NCBI GenBank assembly: GCA_049472355.1
Contig: JBLIRP010000019.1
Coordinates: 1 to 44,987 of the forward strand
DNA from: a bacterium
GTDB taxonomy: Bacteria; SZUA-182; DTGQ01; JAFGSM01
Reading direction: 5' to 3'
Length of the DNA: 44,987 nucleotides
In this document: in pieces, positions 36,771-44,987 of the stretch
Position numbering within the stretch: the first letter of the stretch is position 1
How the letters are laid out: the number at the start of each line of letters is the position of its first letter
Made by a program: the position numbers and the translations under genes
Notes under the pieces: model-generated
Seen by the model: the letters and a program-made list of their open reading frames with translations, nothing else
What the model was told of the DNA's origin: nothing
Database searches by the model: none

Positions 36771-37118
36771 CTAAATCTCGACGTATACCTTCCGCTCTTC
36801 CACTGTAACGGGGTATGTTGTGAGGTCCCTTTGCGAGCGAACCACATTCAGGGCCTGGATACCCGGGGGAAAGTGCGCCCACCGGATCACCTTGCCGGTC
36901 TTGATATCGAACCGGGCCCTGTGGATCCTGCACTGAATGATGTGACCGTCGATCAGCTTGCCCTTTTCCAGGGATGCAAACATGTGGGGGCACCGGCTCT
37001 GGATGGCAAAAAAGCCATCCTCCAGGTGAAAGACAAGCACTGATTCCCCATCCACATCGAATTTCTTCCGGCTGCCCGAAGGGATCGCGTCTTCATCACA
37101 CACAAACCTGAGTGCCAT
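36771..37118 (-). CDS. Rieske 2Fe-2S ferredoxin
   Basis: CPH and CRIH motifs, FDIKTG, LTTYPV. Confidence 0.92.
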   Translation of the reverse strand: MALRFVCDEDAIPSGSRKKFDVDGESVLVFHLEDGFFAIQSRCPHMFASLEKGKLIDGHIIQCRIHRARFDIKTGKVIRWAHFPPGIQALNVVRSQRDLTTYPVTVEERKVYVEI

Positions 37119-37366
37119 GATCGCTCCTTTCTCGCTGAATGGTTATGCCCCTCCGGGATGCCGCGAATCCTGAAAACCCATTTGATGTTCCCGAACCTGG
37201 GGGATAAGGAAAGTATTCATTCTCCTGTTGAGTGTATCAGAAATGTGGATAGGAATCTAACATGCAATGGGAAGATGCAGCCGCTGCAAGCCGGTCTTCG
37301 CCGGTCCGTCCTTTGGCGGGCGCGATGACGGTTCCTGCAACAATCCTGGCCGCACGAGGCGAGGGC

Positions 37367-37792
37367 CTATCGCAGCGAGGCCCCGGGGAAGGCATCGATG
37401 TCCGCAGAGTAGGGCTTTATATCGAGAATAGGCGTCTTGTCCACCGCATCCAGCCCCTGTACCAGAAGCGTCCGCCCCTCCCTTTTTATCAATGTGACCA
37501 CGGCAAAGCCGATGGGATTGGGGCGTGATGGTGACCGGCAGGCGAAGACGCCGCGCAGTTCTGTCCCGTGAGGGGTATAGGTCTGCAATCTGTCCCTGTC
37601 CGCCTTGTCCAGCCAGTAAAGCACGATCAGGTGGCTGGCCCTCTCGATGGTTTTCAGCCCTGCTGCATAGGCATCGAAGATCTCCAGGGTGCTGGTCTCA
37701 TCGGTGAAACGCCCCTGTCTGGGGGCCTGCGCAGTTGAGGGAAAGGGGGAATGGATGATGCCTATGGGATCGAGTGTTATATGATATTTCAA
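37367..37792 (-). CDS. trmO: TrmO/TsaA (YaeB)-family SAM-binding protein, single domain
   Basis: PIGIIHSPF...APRQG, GVFACRSPSRPNPIG, GLDAVDKTPILDIKPY. Confidence 0.88.
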   Translation of the reverse strand: MKYHITLDPIGIIHSPFPSTAQAPRQGRFTDETSTLEIFDAYAAGLKTIERASHLIVLYWLDKADRDRLQTYTPHGTELRGVFACRSPSRPNPIGFAVVTLIKREGRTLLVQGLDAVDKTPILDIKPYSADIDAFPGASLR

Positions 37793-37814
37793 CGTGGTGC
37801 CTCTTGTTCCTCTA

Positions 37815-39830
37815 TCATTCCTCTCTCATGAAACAGGCGGTTTGATGAAAGTATCCTCCCCTTAATTCGGGGATCTCCCGGAAACAGCGATCGATTGCAA
37901 TGGGGCAGCGGGGGGCGAAACCGCAGCCGTGCACAGGGGCCTTGCGCTGGTCATCTCGCAGGGGGAATCCCTCTCCATGCCCTGCGTTAGCCGGATTTTC
38001 ATGCGCCCCGAATCGGAGCGAGCCCCACTCCATTATCCCTGCACCGGCACAGGCCGCGGCAGGGCATGTAACCTCCCCGCCGTCGAGATCCCGGTCCGCA
38101 GGATTCCGGGAAAGGGAGGAGGCAAGCCGGATCAGGCTTTCGGTATAGGGATGCATCGGAGCGCCGATCACCTCATTGGTGGGGCCCTTTTCGATGATTC
38201 TCCCCTTGAGCATCACCACCATCCGGTCGCTCACCTTTCTGGCAAGGGCGATATCATGGCTAATAAACAAAATGGCCAGCCCCCTTTTCTCCTGCAGGGT
38301 CATGATCAGCTTCAGGATCTTGGCCTGCACGCTCACATCGAGGGATGAGGTGGGCTCATCCGCGATGAGAAACCTCGGGTTCAGCACCAGGGCCCTGGCA
38401 ATGGCCACCCTCTGTATCTCCCCGCCGCTCAGGTGATGGGGATACTTTCTCAGGAAGTCGTCATCCGAGGGGAGCTCCACATCATCCAGGGCGTGTTTGA
38501 CCCGGATGCGTCGCTCCTCCCGGCCCCCCTTCTTGTGAATGTCCAGGGGCTCCTGAACCGCGTCCAGTACCGTCATCCGATGGCTTATGGTCTCCGCAGG
38601 GTTTTGAAAGATCATCTGCACCCGTTCATAGAATGCCCGTTTTTTCCACACCGTGGTGTCACCTGCCAGGATGATGTCCCCTGCATCCTTGGAGAAGAGG
38701 CCCATGATGGTTTTGGCCAGGGTGGTTTTCCCGGAGCCGCTTTCACCCACCAGGGAGAGGGTCTCCCCCTCGTAGATGGTCATCCCCACCCGGTCCAGGG
38801 CCTTCAGGGCGCCGAAGGATTTGCTCACCTTCACGCATTCCATCAGGGGTACGATACCCCCCCGGTGGCAGGCGATCCGCCGGACACCCGAACCGGTCAG
38901 CCGGGGGACCTCGCGAAGACAGATGTCGATCCTCTGGGTGCACCGGGGATGGAATGCGCATCCCGGGATGCCGTGGGTCATCCTCCCGGGGATACCCTGC
39001 AGGTCCTTGGTGGTGGTCATGTTGGGAAAGGAGCGCAAAAGCCCCCGGGTGTAGGGGTGGCGCGGATTCCGGATCAGGTCCCTGGTGGGCCCCCATTCCA
39101 CGATCCTTCCGCCGTACAGCACCCCCATGACATCGGTGAGCCTGGCGGCCACCGAGATGTCATGGGTGATCAGAAGGGTCATCTTCTCCCGGATGAGCCC
39201 TGCGAGCAATCCCATGATCTCTTCCTTGGTGAGGACATCCAGGGATGCGGTGGGCTCGTCCAGTAGCAGAAGCCCCGGGTCGTTGATCAGGGCCATGGCG
39301 ATCAATGCCTTCTGCTTCTCCCCGCCGCTCAACTGGTGAGGAAAGGCCCGTGCCCTCCGACGGTCGAATCCAACGACGTGGAGCATATCGAAGACCCGCT
39401 GCCGTGCCCGCTCTTTGTCCATCAGGCCGTGCACCAGGATGGACTCCACGATCTGGTCCCTGATGGTATACAGGGGGTGCAGGGCCTCGGCGACATTCTG
39501 AAAGACCATGGCCATATCCCTGCCCCGTTTTTCCCGCAGCCGCTCCTCCGTGAGATCGAGCAGGGATTGGCCGTTCAAAAGGATCTCACCCCGGCGCTCA
39601 CCCTCACCCAGCCCCAGGATGCTCAACCCCAACGTGGTCTTGCCCGCGCCGGATTCACCGATAATGGCCAGGGTTCCCCCCTTGTGAAGGGTCAGGTCTA
39701 TACCGTTCAGGACCTGCAGCCCGTTGTAGGATACCCGCAGGTCTCTGATCTCCAGGCATGCCTGGTCCCTTTCCGCAACCGGTGCGATCAGCCGTTCGTC
39801 CCCTTGGTTTTTATACATGTTTTCAGTCAT
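37815..39830 (-). CDS. ABC transporter ATP-binding protein, fused DppD/DppF (NikD/E) type
   Basis: Two Walker A motifs (GESGAGKT, GESGSGKT), two LSGGE, DEPT, and HPYT...GC.F.PRC tails. Confidence 0.95.
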   Translation of the reverse strand: MTENMYKNQGDERLIAPVAERDQACLEIRDLRVSYNGLQVLNGIDLTLHKGGTLAIIGESGAGKTTLGLSILGLGEGERRGEILLNGQSLLDLTEERLREKRGRDMAMVFQNVAEALHPLYTIRDQIVESILVHGLMDKERARQRVFDMLHVVGFDRRRARAFPHQLSGGEKQKALIAMALINDPGLLLLDEPTASLDVLTKEEIMGLLAGLIREKMTLLITHDISVAARLTDVMGVLYGGRIVEWGPTRDLIRNPRHPYTRGLLRSFPNMTTTKDLQGIPGRMTHGIPGCAFHPRCTQRIDICLREVPRLTGSGVRRIACHRGGIVPLMECVKVSKSFGALKALDRVGMTIYEGETLSLVGESGSGKTTLAKTIMGLFSKDAGDIILAGDTTVWKKRAFYERVQMIFQNPAETISHRMTVLDAVQEPLDIHKKGGREERRIRVKHALDDVELPSDDDFLRKYPHHLSGGEIQRVAIARALVLNPRFLIADEPTSSLDVSVQAKILKLIMTLQEKRGLAILFISHDIALARKVSDRMVVMLKGRIIEKGPTNEVIGAPMHPYTESLIRLASSLSRNPADRDLDGGEVTCPAAACAGAGIMEWGSLRFGAHENPANAGHGEGFPLRDDQRKAPVHGCGFAPRCPIAIDRCFREIPELRGGYFHQTACFMREE

Positions 39831-40665
39831 TTCCGCTCAGCAAACGAGGGTTCAGGGTGGTTTCCAATGCATACCCCATGAATACGAAGCCCATCACCGT
39901 CAGGGAGAGCGCAAATCCTGCGGGCAGAAGCCACCACTTCCACACATCGAGGTAGGAAAAGCGCAGCGCATGGTGCATCATGCTCCCCCAACTGATCATG
40001 GCGGGGTCGGAGACCCCCAGGAAGGAGAGCCCCGCCTCCATGAAGATGCCCCTTCGGATGAACTGGATAAGCACCGCGATCAGGATCGGCCCCATCTCGG
40101 GGATGATATGCCGTATGAGCACATGCCGGTGGCCTGCCCCGAAGGTGCGGGCCGCGGACACGTGCATTCTCTCCTTCAGGGACAATGTCTGGGCCCTGAC
40201 CACCCGGGCGCCTCCCGGCCACATGATCAGGGATAATAGCGCGATCAGCACCATGATATTGGGCCTCAGATAGGCAGCCACCAGGATGGCCAGTATCACG
40301 GGAGGGATCACCAGGAGGGCGTCCACCACCCGCATGGCGATCCGGTCGTAGAGCCCGCCGAACAGTGCTGCGGTGGCCCCGATCATGATGCTCAGGAGAA
40401 CGGAGAGGATGCCCACCCCGATCCCGATGACCAGTGAGGTGCGGGCCCCGTAGAGAAGCCGGGTGAAGATGTCCTGGCCCACGTCGTTGGTCCCCAGCCA
40501 GTGCTTCATGGACGGGGGGCTGAACGGGGCCCTGGTGTAAGCGACCGGCTGATGACCTGCCAGCCGGGGGGCGAACAGGGCCATCACCAGGATCAGGCAG
40601 ATGAGCAGGAGCCCGAACCGGCCCAGCCTGTCCCGCCATAGTACGTGCCAGTAATTAACATGCAT
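39823..40665 (-). CDS. ABC transporter permease (DppC/NikC type)
   Basis: HWLGTNDVGQDIFTRLLYGARTSL, EAGLSFLG, SWGSMM. Confidence 0.95.
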   Translation of the reverse strand: MHVNYWHVLWRDRLGRFGLLLICLILVMALFAPRLAGHQPVAYTRAPFSPPSMKHWLGTNDVGQDIFTRLLYGARTSLVIGIGVGILSVLLSIMIGATAALFGGLYDRIAMRVVDALLVIPPVILAILVAAYLRPNIMVLIALLSLIMWPGGARVVRAQTLSLKERMHVSAARTFGAGHRHVLIRHIIPEMGPILIAVLIQFIRRGIFMEAGLSFLGVSDPAMISWGSMMHHALRFSYLDVWKWWLLPAGFALSLTVMGFVFMGYALETTLNPRLLSGND

Positions 40666-41626
40666 GGGCGACCCTCGGATCGATCCTGGGATAGAGCAGG
40701 TCGATCAGGAGATTGATGATCAGCACCCCGCAGGCCACCATCAGGAGTATGCCCTGGATCATCGGATAGTCTCGGCTGGACAGGGAGTTGTAGAGCAGGG
40801 ATCCCACTCCCGGGTAGGAGAACACGATCTCCACGAACAGGGTGGCGGTGATGATATGGGCAAGCTGCACCCCGAACAGGGTGACCACCGGCAACAAAGA
40901 ATCCCTGCCCGCATGGCGATACCGGATGGTTCCCTCCCTGCATCCCTTTGCCCTGGCCGTTGTGATGAACGGCTTCCCCAGGGTGGTGATCATGGTGTTC
41001 CGGGTGATCAAATACGTAGCGGTCATACGCACCAGGACCAGGGAGACCAGCGGCAGGGCCAGGTGGTGCAGGATATCCATGACCAGGCTGAGGCCCTTCT
41101 TTCCGGCATAGGCGGTCATGGCCCCGGACAGCGGAAACACGCCCAGGCTCACCCCGAAGAGGAGGAGCAGGAGGATGCCGATAAAGAAGTCCGGGAATCC
41201 GTTCAGGGAGATCAGGCCGGTCAGCATGGCCTTGTCGGCGAATAAGGTGCGCCGGTAGCCGGATTCGATTCCCAGGATGCACCCGAACAGGGTGGAGAGG
41301 AACATGGCCACACCGGCCAGCAGGAGCGTCCACGGAAGGGCGCCCAGGATGACCCGGAACACCGGGGCATTGTAGTAGTATGAAAATCCCAGGTCCCCTT
41401 TGAACAGGGAGGCGATATAGGCAAAAAACTGGTGGATCAGGGGTTGGTCGAGGGAAAACCGCCGGGTGATCTCCGCCTTCAATTGCGGGGTCATGGCAAC
41501 GAGCGCCTCTTCCCCGTAGATGGCGAGCAGGGGATCGCCCTTCATCAGCCTGGGCAGCACGAAGGTGATGCCGATGATCAGGAAAAGGGCGATGCCATAG
41601 TTGGCGATGAATCCCGTCTTCTTCAT
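40655..41626 (-). CDS. ABC transporter permease (DppB/NikB type)
   Basis: GDLGFSY, TARAKG, VEIVFSYPGVG, RDYPMIQG, IDPRV. Confidence 0.95.
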   Translation of the reverse strand: MKKTGFIANYGIALFLIIGITFVLPRLMKGDPLLAIYGEEALVAMTPQLKAEITRRFSLDQPLIHQFFAYIASLFKGDLGFSYYYNAPVFRVILGALPWTLLLAGVAMFLSTLFGCILGIESGYRRTLFADKAMLTGLISLNGFPDFFIGILLLLLFGVSLGVFPLSGAMTAYAGKKGLSLVMDILHHLALPLVSLVLVRMTATYLITRNTMITTLGKPFITTARAKGCREGTIRYRHAGRDSLLPVVTLFGVQLAHIITATLFVEIVFSYPGVGSLLYNSLSSRDYPMIQGILLMVACGVLIINLLIDLLYPRIDPRVAHAC

Positions 41627-41993
41627 GTCCGGTTTTTCACATCCCTATGAGAGCGATTCCCCGCACATGGTGAGGCATCAAAAACATTTGCGTACGTTAG
41701 GCCGCAGGGTGCGCGGCGGTGCCTTATTTTCATACCCGGTTGTGCGCGGAAGGCCCATGAATGTTTCATCAATGAAAAACGATACAGGCCCCTTCCTTCT
41801 TATCGGAAAAAACAAATGGGTTTCATACCCCCATCCCGGATGTATCTATCCTTCCGCAGCCCTTTTCATTCGTGGCGATCGGGAAATCCTTCGCCTTTTC
41901 GCCCCCCGCCTGTGCCTTGTTCAAATCGCCCGGACGCGTCACCATGGTGCACGGAATCACGGCGGCCTTCATTGCATGGCCGGATTCGGGTCC

Positions 41994-43613
41994 CTATCGT
42001 ACAAAGGACAGCTTGTTCAGGGGCAGGGGCACGCCGATGGATATCCCCTGCCAGGTGTAAAAAAGATTGAGCCTGCCGTCATGCGCCCAGTACCAGTTCG
42101 GATTATACAGGTACAGACAGGGGATCTCCCCGGCGAAGATCTCCTGGATCCGGTGGATCATCGTGGTCCTCTTCCCGGTTTCCATCTCCCGGACCTGGGC
42201 GCTCAAAAGGTCGTTGAGTTCCTTGTTCCGATCATACCGGGCGCTGTTGAACCCTGTGCCCAGGATCATCCTGTTCAGGATATCCGGGTCACCGCCAAGG
42301 CCCCCGTGACCGCTCAGGGCCAGGTCGAATTTCCACTCGCTCACCATGCTGTCCAGGGTCTTGGACTCCAGGCTGCGTAGATTGACCCGGATGCCCGCCC
42401 GTTTCAACTGCTCCTTGACGATCTCTCCCTCCCGCTCAGTGGGTGCGCCGGGCACGCCGATGCCGGTTCCGCTCACCAGGAGCTCCATCTCGAGGGGCTG
42501 CCCGTCCTTTTCATAGTATTCGCCCTTTTTCCGGTACCCCAGTCCCTTCAGGATGGATTCAGCCTTTGCCGGATCAAAGGGATACTGTTCCGTATCGTCG
42601 TTGAAATAGGGATTTTCCCTGGGGATGATGCCCGGGCTTGCCGGAATCCCGAACCCCCTGAGGCCGATGTCCACGATCTCCTGCCGATCGATGGCGTAGG
42701 CCAGGGCATGGCGGAATTCAGCATTATCCAGGGGAGGTCTTTTATGGTTGATCACCAGCTTTGCCCCCCAGTCGTGAGGCCCCACCAGTACCGAATGGTT
42801 CTCCCTCTTCATTGCATCCGCCAGCTCCGAAGGTATTTGCGTCAGATTGATCTGGCCCTGTCGCAGGGCGGCCGGTGCGGTTTCCTTCCTCATCTTGACG
42901 AATCTGATGTGCTGCACCCGTGGGGGGCCCAGATAGTACCGATCATTCGCCTCGTACAGATAGGTGCCGTGGGCCCTGCTGTAATCCTTCAGCACAAAGG
43001 GGCCGGTCCCGATCAGGGCATCCGGGGTCTGGAATTGCGAGGGGTCCTTTACGTCCTTCCATATGTGGGCGGGAATGATTGGTATGGTCCCTGCAATGGT
43101 ATGGAGAAAGGGGGCATAGGGGGCATGCAGGGATATTTGCACCGTGCGATCGTCCAATGCCCTGACCTCGTTGATCAACCCGGTATCCGCCCATTTATAG
43201 GGGTGGTCCTTGATATAGTTGAAGGTGAAGACCACGTCCCGTGCGGAGAATGCCTTGCCGTCATGCCATTTGACCCCTGTGCGCAGGTAAAAGAGCCAGG
43301 CGTTCTCTTCATCGATGAATTTCCAGGTTTCGGCCAGGGCGGGGACGTGACCCTGTCCATCCTTCCATACCAGGGTGTCGAAGCAGAGGCTCATCCTCAC
43401 ATACCCGGGCCCCCGTGCATAGTGGCCGAAGGGTGAGGGGAACCCCCAGTCCCCTGCCGGATCGGCGATGGTGTAGACCGCGATGCGTCCATCGGACGCC
43501 GGGCTGCCGAGAATGCAGCGGCATTGGAACAAATCCAGGAGGAGCAGACATACGAGTGAAAGTACAATGGTGAGAACAAAACGGCCGGCCGGTTTACTCG
43601 AGGATATGCCCAT
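41994..43613 (-). CDS. ABC substrate-binding protein, family 5 (NikA/DppA/OppA-like), probably nickel
   Basis: PALAETW...LRTGVKWHDGKAFSARDVVFTF, IGTGPF, RHALAYAIDR; GGGAGGA RBS before 43613. Confidence 0.92.
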   Translation of the reverse strand: MGISSSKPAGRFVLTIVLSLVCLLLLDLFQCRCILGSPASDGRIAVYTIADPAGDWGFPSPFGHYARGPGYVRMSLCFDTLVWKDGQGHVPALAETWKFIDEENAWLFYLRTGVKWHDGKAFSARDVVFTFNYIKDHPYKWADTGLINEVRALDDRTVQISLHAPYAPFLHTIAGTIPIIPAHIWKDVKDPSQFQTPDALIGTGPFVLKDYSRAHGTYLYEANDRYYLGPPRVQHIRFVKMRKETAPAALRQGQINLTQIPSELADAMKRENHSVLVGPHDWGAKLVINHKRPPLDNAEFRHALAYAIDRQEIVDIGLRGFGIPASPGIIPRENPYFNDDTEQYPFDPAKAESILKGLGYRKKGEYYEKDGQPLEMELLVSGTGIGVPGAPTEREGEIVKEQLKRAGIRVNLRSLESKTLDSMVSEWKFDLALSGHGGLGGDPDILNRMILGTGFNSARYDRNKELNDLLSAQVREMETGKRTTMIHRIQEIFAGEIPCLYLYNPNWYWAHDGRLNLFYTWQGISIGVPLPLNKLSFVR

Positions 43614-43728
43614 GGGTGTTTCCTCCCGTAATGTAAGGATGAAATGCCGGTGTTGATGGACGGACCGCATGGTTTTTCCCCTCCATCGATCCATTCATGG
43701 TGAATGAATCCCACTTTTTGCCTGCTTC

Positions 43729-43755
43729 GTGTTACCATCGAAAAAATGTTAACAC
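43729..43755. promoter_or_regulatory. NikR-like operator
   Basis: Perfect spaced palindrome GTGTTA-N15-TAACAC about 115 nt upstream of the SBP start. Confidence 0.65.
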
Positions 43756-43875
43756 ATCATTCGGGAAGGATCAACACGTATGATGAACAACCACCGGTTA
43801 TTGTCGTAGAGCGGAGGGCCTGGGAAATTCCCATCCTGAGGCAGCGTGAGGCCAGGTCGAGATGGAAACCGGCCC

Positions 43876-44481
43876 TTAGGCGGCGTCGGATTTCTTTGGG
43901 CCGGGGACTGCCCTTCTCAGGATCACATACCCGATGACGCCTCCCAGGATAAAGGGAAGAACGATTTGGACCCACATGAGGCCATAGGGGAGCAGGAAAA
44001 CGGGCGGGGGATGCTGAAGGTTCGGGGGCACGGTCCGCACGTAATAGGAGACGGCCGCGGTTATCCAGGTAAAGGCCCAGGCGAGAAATGCAGCCACCCC
44101 CAGCCATCGGCGAGGACCGTAAAGCGGCCTTTTATCGAAATAGGAGTAATACGTCTTCCACAGGATAACCACCAGCACGATGAACGATCCCCAGGTATGG
44201 ATATTGAAGGAAGGGCTTTGCAGCTCCAGGGGAGGATGGTTGACGGTCAGCGCGCCGATGAATCCCACGATACCCGCAAAGAGCCCCAGAAAGAACAGCA
44301 CGGTGGCGAAGCTGCCGAATGCCCTGTGCGTGCGGAAGATCCTGTCGTTGGTCTTGATCAGGGCGGGCTGCTTCCTGACATACGCCGCATAGTATCCCGC
44401 CATCCCGGCGACCGTGGCGCATATCATGCCCAGAAAGGTGATAATGGTGTTGAACTCCACCTGGACTATGTGCAAGTTCAT
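43876..44481 (-). CDS. Multi-pass membrane protein, possibly cytochrome b561-like
   Basis: About five hydrophobic segments with His near helix starts (THRAFG, IHTWG). Alternative start at 44532. Confidence 0.7.
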   Translation of the reverse strand: MNLHIVQVEFNTIITFLGMICATVAGMAGYYAAYVRKQPALIKTNDRIFRTHRAFGSFATVLFFLGLFAGIVGFIGALTVNHPPLELQSPSFNIHTWGSFIVLVVILWKTYYSYFDKRPLYGPRRWLGVAAFLAWAFTWITAAVSYYVRTVPPNLQHPPPVFLLPYGLMWVQIVLPFILGGVIGYVILRRAVPGPKKSDAA

Positions 44482-44987
44482 ACATTGACTCGAATTGTGT
44501 AAAACGCCCATACTTCCGGAACATTCATGCATTTCCGGAGGCTTTTAAAACAGGGAATGTGAATGTTCGCCCTGTACTATAAATCACATCCTGGCATGAA
44601 GTCAAAGACGATAAGCACTCGAGACGATGACGATAGACGATAAGGACTTGCTTTTCTTGAGGAAATTATAGGCAGGATTTTGAATGTTTCTCAAGGCAAA
44701 TTTTCAAAAATGATTTGTCATAGGGTGAAAAGGTGACCAATTTGCCGGAGAAGAAGAATTGCTGGAAGGTGGGAAATACCCTGAGAAGGTCAAGAGAGGT
44801 ATTTCTGATGATCAATTCAGGCACACCAACGGCATAGAGACATTGGTGAAATCTTGATAGGCCAGGCTATTCTGGAGTATAGCCGACGAAACCACTGCAA
44901 TGACATTTTTGGGCTTTTTACGACTTCATCACTGTAATCGTAGGTGCCGTCCCCCATAAGGAGCACATAGTGTGGGGCGGGCTCGGT

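Noticed and set aside
44608..44648. GACGAT/GACGATAAG short repeats
   Set aside because: Too short and degenerate to assign a function.
44700..44987. Cobalamin riboswitch-like words (TGGGAAATACCCTGAGAAGG)
   Set aside because: No recognisable B12-box context; the stretch reads equally well as a short coding relic.

Overview
Accessory-rich chromosomal window from a diderm bacterium (TonB receptor, PEP-CTERM proteins, sigma54-like and NikR-like sites; probably a Desulfobacterota-like or related uncultured lineage, which is inference only). From left to right: an internally deleted RND permease with a partial duplicate flanking a RelE-type TA pair; a TonB receptor-YfiR-hybrid kinase-hybrid kinase operon; three secreted aromatic/Pro-rich proteins, one a PASTA-sugar dehydrogenase-PASTA-cytochrome c fusion; a CopB ATPase; a nickel/oxidative-stress cluster (CooT, His-rich protein, SEC-C miniprotein, exported NiSOD, TudS/DUF523-like) bracketed by ~185-bp inverted repeats; an AT-richer island with two PEP-CTERM genes, an SH3 membrane protein and an unusual operon of three lid-less Hsp70s plus a long GrpE-like protein and no DnaJ; a PIN TA pair; a GSU2403-type nucleotidyltransferase; a PEP-utilising phosphotransferase; a photolyase pseudogene; a Rieske ferredoxin; and a TrmO-like gene with a NikA/DppA-type ABC operon behind a NikR-like palindrome. 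Two dispersed repeat families (REP-like and MITE-like) mark many junctions. Short collapsed gene remnants point to an ancestral sodN-TudS-like-PNPOx-phosphotransferase operon that was duplicated and reciprocally deleted. All family calls are from motif recognition by eye; no searches were run.
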